DNA from: Cenococcum geophilum
Lineage: Eukaryota
Direction: 5' to 3'
Assembly (NCBI GenBank): GCA_050273025.1
Contig: CP158635.1
Coordinates: 15,810,001 to 15,874,000 of the forward strand
Length of the DNA: 64,000 bases
Both the position numbers and the translations under genes were made by a program. The stretch's first letter is position 1, and every line of letters begins with the position of its first letter. The notes under the pieces are model-generated. The model ran no database searches. It saw only the letters and a program-made list of their open reading frames with translations, and had not been told where the DNA came from. This document shows, piece after piece, positions 38,699 through 50,928 of the stretch.

Positions 38699-38960
38699 AT
38701 TATTAACCTTAAAACAGGACTTATTTAGTTAACTATTAAAGGGAAATAAATTAAAATGTCTTTTAATATATTACTATTAGGAAATAATAAGGCAGTATTA
38801 GGAATGCCTTAGTTATAGAAATATAACCTAAAGATTAATTAGGTTATAGGTTAAGTTAATATTAGGGATACTTAATGCTATAAAATATAATAATAAGCTA
38901 AGTTAGTATAGTACTAAGTTGGAGCGATATATAAAGAGACTAAGTAAGGCTTAAGTTATA

Positions 38961-40800
38961 ACGTTTTATATAAGCGAGTGAGCTATATAAGCGAGCGAGC
39001 CACCCCACCAAGACTTAACCACCTTAAAAGCTAATAGCTACCCACCATCTATCGCTATAATAAATTACTAGCAGCTAGATAGACTAACTGTTAGCCTGTT
39101 TACACGTTCTTAAATTATGTCTAGTCTCCCTACAGCGCCTACAGCGCCTCTGCTGCGAAGCGTTCCCACTTTTACGCCGCTTGCCCTTACGCGTCTCCCC
39201 CTCTACCTGCTTATTAGCCTAAGCTACTAGATCTAGACCCTCTGCCACTGTAAGAACCTCTTATTTTTATAAGCGCTTTTTTTTTACGCTTTTTACGCTG
39301 CGATAGAGCCTTATTAGCTTTTTGTAGGCTAGCTATCTGTGCGCGCATTAGGGTGGCTTTATGCATTATCTTCTCAGCACCCTTAAACAGCTAGTCTAGC
39401 TAGTCTACTATTGAGCTAGGTGAACTACTCTGGTAATTTTAAATTCGGCTATGTAGTAGAGCTGTTTAACTGCCTAGTTCAGTGATATTGCTAGGTGTTT
39501 TGGGTTCCTATAGAGCAACCTCTATAGGAGGTATAGGCGTTTAAAGCTTAACATCTAGCTTTAAGAGTATAGCCTCTAGATTAAATGGGACTAGGCCTGT
39601 ACCTCAAAATCCTACACGGATATTGCTCTCAGTAATAGAGTTGCTATAGGCTGCTTTAAATGCTGGTAGAAATTCAAGCTTTGTAACGTGGAAGATATGG
39701 TTACGAACTAGGTTATCAACCTACTATCTATACGCGCGCTTTAGAGGCGCAAAGCAGCCTACATCTAGTGGCTGTAGTAGATGTGACGCGTATGCTAGCA
39801 TACAGAGCGTAAGAATATTCTTCTGCTTGCAGAGCTGTTAAAATTTGAGAGATTAATAGCTCTCATGACCGTCGATTACTAGTAGGCGATGTGTGCCTAC
39901 TGTATGATACTGCGTATGCCTATTAAAGTGCTCTAGCCATTTAATACCCAGCTAATTAGTCGTCTAACCATTCTCGCTTAGCGCGATAGCCTATTCTTGT
40001 GGTATATTATGGAACTAGGTAGTATAGTGGTGCTTTCTAGTAAATATAATAAACGGTGGAATTGGCCAGCCTAGAGCATTTACACCCTAGATTACTGTAA
40101 CCTATTCTCAATTACCTAGCTGTACAGTTTTAGGCTGGATACGTCGCTCAGAGCCTATAATAACTTTAGCAGTTGCTATAACACCCATTTGAAATCCAGC
40201 TTTATTAAAATTATACGTGTCTCCGTTAGATATGCTATGCTCTGCCTTAAAATTGCCCACGAGGTTAAACTAGGGCTCAATAATCCTAGGATCCTCGCAT
40301 AGAGCTCGCTAATAGTCGTACTTCCAATTATATCATAATTTAATCTTAGGCGTCCTCCGTATGTAGTTACATAGCCAGTTAATGCCGACCTTACTAGCAG
40401 AGCTAGTAGAGCGCGCAGCGAGTAGTTAATTAGCCATTTCTCTTATATAGATAACCCGAGGCGCAAATCCTTGTAAATCTAGGTTAAGAATATGCTCAGT
40501 AATAGCCTCCTCTTCTAGCTTAGTAAGCTTCTTTGAATTGGCCTCGTAATTGCGTCGTGAGAGAGTTCCACCGTGTCGTCGTTAAAGGGTCGCTTGAGAG
40601 ACATCGTAAGTTACTGTAGCGCGCCGTACGCTATGGAATTGGTTCTGCTTAATAGCTGAGATAGCTAGGGCTATTCTGCCTTCTTGATAGCTCGATTGAG
40701 GGTTGTGTTGTTGTTTTATGGTAGTTAATAGTTAACGCGTCGTGATTTCTTGGTGGGGTGGCTCACTCGCTTATGTGGCTCACTCGCTTGTGTAAAACGT
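38961..40800 (-). mobile_element. Fot1/pogo-family DNA transposon (1840 bp)
   Basis: About 53-bp TIRs (acgttttacacaagcgagtgagccac...ccccaccaaga) with an internal 17-bp direct repeat; TA duplicated at 38959-38960 and 40801-40802. The uninterrupted site is seen in copy A near 24975. Confidence 0.95.
39070..40719 (-). pseudogene. Fot1/pogo DDE transposase with RIP stops
   Basis: N-terminal HTH (QEGRIALAISAIKQNQFHSVRRATVTYDVSQATL*RR), YNFNKAGFQMG (NFDE motif), LLVIDGHES, and C-terminal RRCRRCRETRHNLRTC knuckle. Confidence 0.9.
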
Positions 40801-41204
40801 TATACTAAAAAGATACTATAAGTATAATAAGAAACTATAGTTACTAAAAAGTAAAAAGCTATTAGAGTATATAGTATAGGACTATAAGATAGAATTAGAA
40901 CTAAAAATAAGTCTAAGGTTCTTTCTAATCTATAAGTATTAATATCACCTAGGGGGTACTGTAATTGCAATATAAGGTAACAGGTTCTTTAATTTATTTA
41001 TATTCTTTTATAAAGAATTATAAGAATTGCGGTGCCTAAATAGGGGGCTAATAAGTTACTATAAGGATGACTAATTAGAGATAGAACTACGTAACCTCTA
41101 CTTATACAGACACTAGCGACATTTATAAAAAGGAAAGAAGGTAAGAAAGTATAAAGGAGAAGTATATAGGTTAACAGGTGCTTAGGGCAGTAATCGCGAA
41201 TGTC

Positions 41205-41345
41205 TTGGGTATTGCGAATATTACGGATATTGCAGACGTTGCGGATATCGTTACGGATATTGCGGATATCGCTATGGATATTGCGGATATCGCTACGGAT
41301 ATTGCGGATATTGCGGATATCGTAAACATTTGGATATTGCGGTGG
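41205..41345. repeat. 9-bp tandem array (gatattgcg-type) in the Copia-like 3' region
   Basis: Repeating gcggatatt/gcggatatc units with 12-bp variants. Confidence 0.9.
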
Positions 41346-41493
41346 AGACAGGTAGGCGCATATAAGGTGTTACTGAGGTATCCCGTGACAGAGCGTAGTT
41401 GAAGTCAGAACTGAAGGTATGGCGGCTTTAGAAGGTATAAAAGTTATAGGGCTGTCGCAGACCATAGGGGAAAAAAGGTGGAAGGGCTAAGTC

Positions 41494-43233
41494 CTATCCG
41501 TTATCGTTAAAATAACAGTTAAGGAAGTTAATATTAACCGTAAGGTTCTCTATATTAACCTTACTACCGCGCCTTACTATACTAGGTTCCGTATTACTAG
41601 GTTCCGTACTACTAGGTTCCGTGCTACTAGTAAGGCCGTAGGCAAAGGCATTGTTGTTTATAGATATAACTATATTCTTAGCGGTTTCAATTAATATTAG
41701 CCCATTTAAAGTTATAAAGTGCTTAACACTATAGTCGTTGTAGAAGAAATTACTGCTAGTAGTAGTCGGAGTTGATATATTAAGTGCTATAGCCGTTATA
41801 TCCTTGTCAAAATCGTCGTTAATATCGTTGTCTATAAGGTACTGGTGGACACGTCTCTTAAATCCTTCTCTTGCTTCGTCACGTTCTTCTTTAGTATGCT
41901 TAGTTAACCAATAGTCTCCTTTCTTACACACGAAGCACGTCCTGGCGTTATTGCTGTAACGATTATTTGATGAACTTAGTTAAGATATTGGTCGGTAGTA
42001 GCGACGGTTAGTAAAGAACACGTTGGTAGGTTATCCTATAGTACCGTTAATCTTCTTATAAGTGACGATTAATGATTATAGGCTGTTTATGAGGCTAGTA
42101 AGTGTAGTAGGTAGGTTTAAGCAAGCTGCCTGGTAAGTAGCGACGTCTTGACAAGCGACAATGAGCTTATTATATAGGAAATCGTTATTACGGAGGTTAG
42201 CATTAAGACCATGCTGTAAATGACAGAGGTTGTTAAGTAGTAGCTGTAGGTAGTCCCCTATAGACTTACCTTCGTTTTTTATTATTACCGTCTTAAGAGT
42301 AATAGTATTCCACTTTATTAGAATTCCACGCTTATATTCCGGTCCTTTAAAATAGTTGCGTACGGCATTATAGATACTATTAAAGGTGGTATAAGTTGCC
42401 TTATTCTTATAGTAGAAGTTAAAAGTAATACTACGTAATATTATCGGAAAGCCTTTAATCTTTACCTCTTGTGGTATACCGACTCTATTATAAAGGTCAT
42501 TAAAAATCGTAAGCTTGCGGTCAAAGTTATCATCCTCTCCGCTGTATTTGCTTTCCTCTATATATATCTTTACCAGAATTACTAAGTCTCTACCATAGTT
42601 AATAGTGGCTGTGACTTTTATAGAAGGTGCTGCAACGTTCGTAGGGGAAGCCGTAACGTTCGTAGAGAGAGCCGTGGCGTTTATAGGGGGAGCCGTAACG
42701 TTCGTTAGGGGAGCCGTAACGTTCATTAGGGGAGCCGTGATGTTCATAGGTAAGGGGGGCTCGGCCGTAGAGAGGTCATTTAAGATAGCTGGGGTTAGGG
42801 TAGGTGACGTTAAGGGGGTTAATAAACGTAATTTAAGACGGCGGTTAATAACATACGAATTAAAGGGTCCTTCACTATTAATGTATAGCTTAATTTCTTC
42901 ATCTAACCATTCCGTAGGGTTATCCTCGTGGGCAACGTCATATAGTGCTTATAGTACTAACTTGCTCTTCTTATTAAAGACCCATACTCCATTACGTTAG
43001 AGTAGTTGTTTAAGTTCCTTAATTACGGACCTATAAGCATCCTTAAATGTCTATACCTCGAAATTATTAAAGTCCTCTTGGTATAATTCCTATAAGCTTT
43101 TATCCTTAAAGTTGCGCTTAGTATACTTATTAATTTTAAAGTTAATATAGTTAGTGATGTCTTTTGCGGTAGTCTTATTAGTTAGGGTAATCCCGTTACC
43201 CCAGTCCGGACGTTAAATTCCTGTGTCGGATAT
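41494..43233 (-). pseudogene. Copia-type gag in one frame (about 580 codons, a few RIP stops)
   Basis: ORF-track pieces 42747-42076 and 41931-41494 are in frame with an upstream ATA(ATG) at 43233. Motifs KYSGEDDNFDRKLTIF and CFVCKKGDYWLTKH knuckle. Confidence 0.8.
42630..42750. repeat. 21-bp coding minisatellite in gag (NVTAPLT-type units)
   Basis: ggagccgtaacgttcgttagg-type unit, about 6 copies. A 15-bp tactaggttccgtac repeat also occurs at about 41578-41630. Confidence 0.9.
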
Positions 43234-43688
43234 AATTAACTGGCGTAGATCGTGGTGTAGGTAGGGGTGCTGCTAACGCTGCTGGGTTGTAGGATACTGC
43301 CGAAGCTGCTGGGGGTACTGGCACTTAGTAAAGAGGTCGTACTGGGTATTAATTTGCGTGATGGACGCGAACCGGACGAAGCCTTGGTAGGAGCCAGTTC
43401 TTTGAGTTCCCAGGGCCTTAGTAGGAAGGGTTCTCCTTAGCAAACGCGACGTGATCAACGGGCCTTAGTAGGAGCGATCGCGTGTTGTCTCTCTTCGTAA
43501 TAACACCTGGCTAATCTGTGATATCAACTGATCAGTGTCGGTATCACCCGGGGGGTACTATAATTGCAATATAAGGTAATAGGTTCTTTGATTTATTCGT
43601 GTTCTTCCGCAGAGGATCGTAAGGATCGCGGTGCCTAAATAGGGGGCTAATAAGTCACCGTAAGGATGACTAATCAGAGACATAACTA

Positions 43689-44114
43689 ACGTAGTCGGTA
43701 AGCAAGTGGGCCATGCAAGCATCCGGGCCACCGCAAAACCCCACCAAAAAACCCAAAAATCGGTCTTTAATATCTTAACAACGGCTTAATAATAAATTAT
43801 AAAATTTTATAATTAGACTCTTATACTTACTTTAAGACCTCTATTAGAGTTTTGGAGTAATTACTTAAGCCATTATTAATATATTAAGATTTAGCTCTTA
43901 AATCTAAGCCAAATTATTATATCTTAAGAACCACTTATTAAATTACGTTAAAACTTTAATATAGGCCTTAAGGTATATATAAGAGTCTAATTATAAAATT
44001 ATAAAATTTATTATTAAGCCGTTATTAAGATATTAAGGACCGGTTTTTGGGTTTTTTAGTGGGGTTTTGCGGTGGCCCGGATGCTTGTATAGCCCACTTG
44101 CTTACCGACTACGT
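43689..44114. mobile_element. pogo-type hairpin MITE (426 bp) inside the Copia-like 5' LTR
   Basis: Ends acgtagtcggtaagcaagtgggc...gcccacttgcttaccgactacgt; TA duplicated at 43687-43688 and 44115-44116. The empty site aactacgtaacc is present in the partner LTR near 41086. Inverted arms extend about 170 bp. Confidence 0.95.
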
Positions 44115-46879
44115 TACGTAACCTCTACTTGTACAGACAATAAGCTTACTAAAGAAGAGGGTAGAGCATTAAAAGAGTTTGTTTAAGAAAATCTATAAAA
44201 GGGATATATTAGACTATTGCAGTTATTAGCGGGTTATCTAGTACTATTTATACTAAAGAAAAATAGTAAACTAAGGCTGTATATTAACTATAGACAGTTA
44301 AATAGCATTACTAGGAAGGATAGGTATCCTTTACCCTTAATTAGCGAAATCTAAAACAGAATAGGTAATATATAAATCTTTATAAAGATAGATCTAAGAT
44401 AGGCGTACTATTAGATTAGAATTAAGGAAGGCGATAAATAGAAGGTAGCCTTTAGGTTAAAGGAAGGACTATATAAACTATTAGTTATATAATTCGGGCT
44501 TATAAACGCACTAGCAATGTTCTAGAAGCGTATTAATAATATATTAAAAGAATACTTAGATAAATTTATTATAGTATACCTTAATAATATTATTATCTAC
44601 TTAATAACTAAGGAAGAATATAGGGAACACGTTAAATAGGTCTTAAAGAGACTATAAGAAGAATAGATACTAGTAGTAATTAAGAAATACGAGTTCTTTA
44701 CTAGGAAGATAAATTTTATTAAATTTATTATTAAACTAGGCTAACTTAGTATAGATTTAAAGAAGATTAAGGCTATAGTAAATTAATAAGAACTAGAAAA
44801 CATTACGCAGTTAAAATTATTTTTAGGGTTTTATAATTACTGTAGAAGGTTTATAATGTAATAGTTAAAGGATATTAAACTATTTACGCGATTAATAAAG
44901 AAAGAAGAACTATAGGTATAGGAAGAGGAATAGTAAGAACTCTTTAAAAAAGTTAAAGAATTGTTTACCTAGGAGCTAGTTTTTAAAATCTATTAACTAG
45001 GACTAAAGACGGTTATAAAAATAGATATATTAGACTATATACTAGGGGCGTACTTTATATAGAAATATTAAGATAGATGGCACCTAGTAGTATACTATAG
45101 TTAAAAGATAACACCACTAAAGTTAAACTATAACATCTATAATAATAAGTTATTAGGTATAGTTATAGTACTAAAGAAATAGAGAGTATTTTTATAAGGT
45201 ATAGAGAAACTATTTATAGTTAAGACGGATTATAGGAACCTAATAGGATTCCTAATAATAAAGGAACTTAACTAAAAATAGGTTAGATGGGCAGAGATGC
45301 TTATAGAATACTATTTTAAGATTTAGTATACTAAGGGCATAAATAACACGTAAGCAGACGCTCTAAGTTAAAAAGCTAAACTATAAAGCGATAAAAAGCT
45401 ATTAGGGGCTTTACTGTAAAAGGATATAGACGGATTAATTAGGTATAATTATCTAAAAATTATAGTAACTTAGAAAGAGCTAGATAAGGTCTATAAGACA
45501 CTAAAAAACTTTTAGGTATAAAGAATTCTAGAGGTATAGCTAGAAGATCTATAGATGGATATATACGGAAGTTAAGAAGTAATGTATATTCTAAGAAGCA
45601 TAGCAGAGTACTTTATAGAGGATTTCTATAAGGGAGTAACTTAAGGACATAATAGAGCTATAGGCTTAGTGTTAAGACTCTAGAAGGAGTATATTATTAA
45701 CGGAATTTAAGGCTTAGTATAAAAAGTTATAAAGGAATATTTAGATTGCTAAAGGAATAAACTAATAAGGTATAAGCTATATAGAGGGCTATAACCTATT
45801 AAGATACTAGAGAGACTATAGGAGGTTATATTATAAAACTTTATTATTAAGTTATTAAAGTTAAGAGATCCTATTACCGGATAAGATTATAACGCGATTT
45901 TAGTAATAGTAGATAAGCTTATAAAGTAGGAATACTTTATAGTATATATAGAAGAAATATTAGTGGAGGATATCGCTAGAATCTATATTAAGGAAGTATT
46001 CGTAAGATATAGAGTACTAAGTAAAATTATATCGGATAGAGATTTAAGATTTATAGCAGTATTTTAGAAGGTATTTTTAGCGGAGCAAGGAGTTAGAGTA
46101 GCAACTTTTACTGTATATTATCCGCAGACAGACGGTTAAACAGAAAGATTAAATTAGATATTAGAGTAGTATTTAAAACACTATATTAATCATATATAGA
46201 ATAATTAGGTATTATTACTACTAGTTATATAGTTTATATATAATATAATACCTTAAGAAGGAATAGGTATATTACTATTTAAGGTAAATTACGGGTATAA
46301 GCTAAGGATATTATTATTATTATAATAAGTAAAGAAAATAAGTAGTATAGCTAAAGAAAGAATAAAGATGTTAATAAATCTTTATATGGACCTTATAGAA
46401 TTAGTAAAGAAAGTATAAGAGAGAATAAAAAAGTACTATAATGCTAAGAGATCTAAGGGACTAGATCTTAAGGAGGGAGATAAAGTATAGCTACTATATA
46501 AAAATTTTAAGAGTTAACAACTAAGTAAGAAGTTAAACTATATTAGACTAAGACCTTTTAAAATTATATAAAGGATTTCACCGGTTATATTTAAGTTAAA
46601 CCTATTAGCTAAAATAAAGATTTACCCTATATAGTATATCGCGATGCTAGAGCTAGTATATAGAAATATTAAGCCACCGGTTTATAAGATAAATATATAT
46701 AAAGGATAAGAGGAAAACAAATAGTAAGTTTTTAAGATTATTAGTTATAAGGACATTAATAATAAAATATAGTATAAGGTTAAGTAAATAAGCTATACTA
46801 AGACTACCTAGGAGCTACTAGAGAACTTAAAGAATGCTATAGGAAAGGTATAGGAGTATTAGAAGAAATTAGGTTAGGT

Positions 46880-47509
46880 AATATTAATAAAGAAGGATTG
46901 CTAAAGAACGAGTTACCTAAGGGGGACCTAAGAAGAGTAGTTACTAAAGTACTCGGATCTATTTCCTTCTCTATTAAAGGAGAATCTGTTCTTTTATTAC
47001 TAAGTTCCTATAAACCTTATTCTATAAGTTTCTACTCCTTAAAATAAACCTTCTTACGCACCTTTTTAAGACGGATTAACTAAGCGGACGCCATAAGATA
47101 AGACTTAAGGGCCCGTTGCTAAGCATTAGCAGCCTTTTATTTAGCATTCTAAGAACGGCGTAGTTCCGCCAGAGTAATAGATAGCTTATTATCTAGCTAT
47201 ATAGCAGTAGATTAAATACAAAACCCTAAAATAAATTAATTAGGGAATTAGACGACTATTAAGAGTAATAGGTCGCGTATATTTAGTATTAGAGATAGAG
47301 CAAACGTCGCAGGACAAATAAATATTTGCTTTAGTGCACTTTAAATAAGAGAATAGTTATTGCGAAGATAGGTTTACTAACGTAATATAAACTAACCTTT
47401 TTTCCAAATAGCGAGAATACGGAGATAGTATAATCTCACTAAGAGATAGTATTATAGTAATAGTGCGAGCGCAACAAACGGTCGAAGAAGAAGAAATTGC
47501 TTTAGGTAT
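46880..47509 (-). pseudogene. Antisense spliced Zn2Cys6-like / coiled-coil gene in the 3' region of B
   Basis: Exon 1 47509-47281 is 76 codons plus 1 nt. The 55-bp intron 47280-47226 joins T|GG (Trp) in phase. Exon 2 reads ...LDNKLSITLAELRRS*NAK*KAANA*QRALKS...LIRLKKVRKK...; its end is approximate. Confidence 0.72.
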
Positions 47510-47617
47510 AATGAGTAATAATATTAACTAAATTAATTAGACGGATATTATACCTCTAGTAAATAACTTAAAGATATTAGGAATCTTTAAGGACAAAAAT
47601 AAAAAGGAGGGAGATAG

Positions 47618-48041
47618 TATTACGGACGCTTTAAGTATAATATTATAACTATTTAGGGAAGAGTCGGAAGAAGCTAGTTGGTTAATTTAGGTATAGTTTA
47701 GGATGGAACTAGTAGAGCTATATAATAAGGGATAGTAGCTAAGATTATATAACGCGATCTATATAATTTATAAAATCTGTATAATCTATAATAGAGTAGA
47801 TAGAGTATATATATATTATATATAAGAAGGATTTTATAGGAATACGGTTGTGTATTTAAGGACCCTTAGTCCCTACCTAGATAGTTCCTTCCTTATAGTA
47901 ATTCTTAAAATATAATTAGAGTTAATCTATTAGGCAACTACTCCACTAGTTATTATTATGTTGTTAACTTTAATTTGTATTACCTATACACCTAGCCCAA
48001 TAACGAGCCTATTGTAGTTCTTGCTATAAGGTTCTGTTATA
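47618..48041 (+). repeat. 3' LTR of B
   Basis: Follows the polypurine tract; followed by TSD ataga. Confidence 0.93.
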
Positions 48042-50725
48042 ATAGATAAACTAGTAATAAAAGTTAGTAAAACCTAAAAAGACCTAGACATCCCTATAGA
48101 ATTAAGGGCTCTCCTACTTAGCAATAGCTTCTACCCAGCTAGGATCTATTATTACGCCTTTAGGACTAATAATATATCCTAGGAACTTAACCTCTTATAC
48201 GCCAAACCTATACTTCTTAAGGTTTGTATATAGTTAATATTACTATAACCTACGTAGCACTTCTAGTACGTAGCGCTAGTGTTCCTCTAGATTTTCCAAG
48301 AAAATTAGAATATTATTAAGGTAGACTATATAGAAGACATCTATTAGTCCTAATAAGGCTTAATTAATATAGCCCTAAAAGGTCGCTAGTCTGTTAGTTA
48401 ACCTAAAAGGCAAAACTAAATACTTAAAGTGGCTGTAACGCGTATAGAATGTTATCTTTTACTTATCGCCCTAACGGATACAAAGGCAGTAGTACACATT
48501 TATTAGGTCTAATTTAGTAAAGATTTTAAAACCTGCTAAGCGGTCCAAGGTCTTACTAATTAATAGTAGTGTAAGACAATTCTTAATTGTCACCTTATTA
48601 AGGCCTTTATAGTTTATATAGGGCCGCAGCTTTCTATTTTTTTTTATATAAATAGGATAGGTGCCCCTACGGGGCTAGTACTTAGTTAGATTTAGCCTTT
48701 CGCTAAGGCGTTATTTAAGTATTCCCTTAGTACCTTTAGCTCCTTAACTAAGAGGTTATAGAGTAGTCTATATAGGACCTCCTGTCCCTTTTTTAGGTTA
48801 ATAGTATAGTCGCCCTAGTAGTGTCGGGGTAGCTTTTTTGCTTCCTTATATAAGAAGACATTACTAGCTTTTTTTAACTATAGGGGAAGAACTAGTAAGC
48901 TGCCGTTGTTTTATTTACTAAGTATTAATCCAGTAATTACTAAGGCAAAGACCCTAGATTCCCTCTAGAGAGACTTTATAAAACCCTTAGGGGTTTATAG
49001 CAATAGGGATAAGCCGTTTAGCTTCTATTACTACGCCTTTACCTTACAGTTAATAAGAAGTTAGGCCTTTTTTAACCCTAGTATACCTAGGGTAATAGTA
49101 GGGGATATATTAGCTATTCTATAGCAAATAAGGGTTACTTTCCTTATCCTACCCTAGCTATTCTTTATTTCTAATAGTACCTTATAGGCTTTATAGCAAT
49201 ATACCTAAGTTTTATTTAACTAGGAGTAGGTAGATAATTCTGCATCTAGTGTTTTAAAGTTATACTCTATTATAAATCGCTAATTAATTATATTTACTTT
49301 AGCGCCAAAATTAAGTATTACTAAGGTTTCCTTCTAAGTCTGCTTAAATAGGACTTCTTCTAAGATAGTAATAGCTTCCTTATAATCTAGTAGTAGCTTA
49401 TACCCTATAGGTATAAGGGGCTCTAAAGGCGCCTACCTTTTCCTAGCGTAGAGATAGCGTTTATGCTACTTAGCGGCGGCTAGTACTATTATAGCTCTAG
49501 GCACTATCGCCACTAATATCCTAGCTTACTACAATTTTTATAGTTCCCCTTAGGTTGGGTTAAACCCCTAGCAGTACTACTTTGCCCCGCCATTATATTA
49601 CTAGCGGTGGTTTTAGAGTCCGCTTTCCCTAAGTTACCTAATAGGGTGGTCTTTATATTTAAGTTTACGGCACGCCTATTACCTCTAGCTTATAGGGCGC
49701 TTACGCTCTTCTAGTTTTTCTTTAATAGGGCAGCTAGGGAAATAAGCTAATTTTAAGTTTATGGAAATTCCTAATAGTTAGTAACTATAAGCCGTAGCTC
49801 TAGCTATAGCTTTGCGAATAGGTGTATTATTAAATACTTTATATTATAGGGAGGATTAATTTGCGCTTCTAAGGAGGTTAGGTAAATAGTAAACTTATTT
49901 ATAGGTTAATTGGTTTGCTATATTGCCCTTATATAGGTTAGGGCTGTATATAGTTCTTAATTAATAGGACTTTTAATCTAATTAAGTAAGAATTCTATAA
50001 GCTTCCCCTAGGTAAACTACGTATCTAAATAGTTATCTTTATACTATAGCCAAAGGGTTTAGTTGGTCCCCTTTATATATTATATAATAAACACAACTTT
50101 AGTATCCTTATCCGCGAAAGCGTTAAGCTCTAGGCGGAATGCTAGCTTTAAGCTATTACGGAAGTCTTAGTGCTTTTATATACTCTTACCGTAATACGGA
50201 GTAATCTTCTTTATTTTAACGGCCCGTTTTAATAAAGCGCCTATTATATTAGTAGCCTTCCGCTTAAGGTTTAGATACTTTAAGCTACCCTTTAAGTACT
50301 CTAATAGGATGCTCTAAGGTAGTAGATTTAGGTTAGGAATAGGAGTTAATATTACCTTACCGCGTTAACGCCGTTTTAGCATTTCTACCTCTTCCCTAAG
50401 CAACTATAGTTTTCCTTACTTTAGGAGTTATAGCTTCTTATTCTCTAGCCGTTGTATTTCTTCCTATATAGTATTCTCGCCTGTAGCTTTTAGTTCTATT
50501 TAGGATATAGGTCTACCCATATCGTCCTAGGGCTAATCCCCAGACTCGGTACTACGCACTGCGCTAATATTACGCCCGCGTCTCGCTATTAGGTTAATAG
50601 ACTATAATATAATTAATAAATATAGGTCGTCTTTTTAATAGAGGGCTGTTGCTATATAGTCGTAGCTTTAGCAGACCACTGTATTGCCGGACCGCTACCC
50701 CTAAAAAGGGATAAGAATTTAGAAC

Positions 50726-50928
50726 TATTAGGACGCTAAGGCCCTAAGGGTATATAGTAATATAATAATAGTAGCGGAATGTAAGGAGTATCTGGTTCTT
50801 AATAAAGTAGAACTATAAAACTAAATTCTACTATTCTCTAATGCGGGGCGACTATGTTTTATAGGCGCCTTGCCTACACCTCGCCTGCGCTAAGCTAGTT
50901 ACGGTTAGTACGTCTCTATAGCCTAATA
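50726..50928 (-). repeat. Probable 5' LTR of element C (203 bp)
   Basis: Bounded by inverted ends tattagg...cctaata (RIP form of TG...CA termini), about 135 bp upstream of the gag start. No partner LTR is visible in the window. Confidence 0.6.

Larger units (their letters stand above)
40937..44139 (-). mobile_element. Non-autonomous Copia-like LTR element (gag only)
   Basis: LTRs 40937-41112 and 43536-44139 (the latter holds a MITE); termini tgtcgg...cagaca; TSD ataag at 40932-40936 and 44140-44144. No pol motifs between the LTRs. The Copia assignment rests on recalled resemblance of the gag. Confidence 0.85.
29499..48041 (+). mobile_element. Ty3/Gypsy chromovirus copy B, interrupted by a LINE, a pogo transposon and a Copia-like element
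   Basis: 424-bp LTRs 29499-29922 and 47618-48041; TSD ataga at 29494-29498 and 48042-48046; polypurine tract aaaaaggagggagatag before 47618. Gag CCHC near 30970-31010, protease ALIDSG at 32982, RT YLNNIIIY near 44577, RNase H near 45000-45370, integrase to about 46650, chromodomain 46715-46840. Confidence 0.95.
6490..50928 (-). mobile_element. Ty3/Gypsy chromovirus C, RIP-degraded, interrupted by D, A and B; 3' LTR missing, left boundary approximate
   Basis: Fragments 6490-6875, 13945-16317, 28900-29498 and 48047-50928 rejoin across TSDs. Minus strand: gag from about 50589, protease TLVILNFGAKVN (LDSGAEVN) near 49310, RT 48050-48800, RNase H 28950-29450, integrase 15100-15800, chromodomain YLVK*KD*LEKYNK*V near 14660-14720. 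Confidence 0.8.

Noticed and set aside
41178..43458. ORFs 41178-41402, 42605-43000 and 43273-43458 as real proteins
   Set aside because: The first two are open because of 9-bp and 21-bp tandem repeats or lie antisense to gag. The third lies in the 5' UTR with no recognisable motif.
16318..48041. A and B as one large inverted segmental duplication or the TIRs of a giant element
   Set aside because: Each has its own LTR pair and distinct TSD, their LINEs sit at different sites, and the host C frame continues through the spacer.
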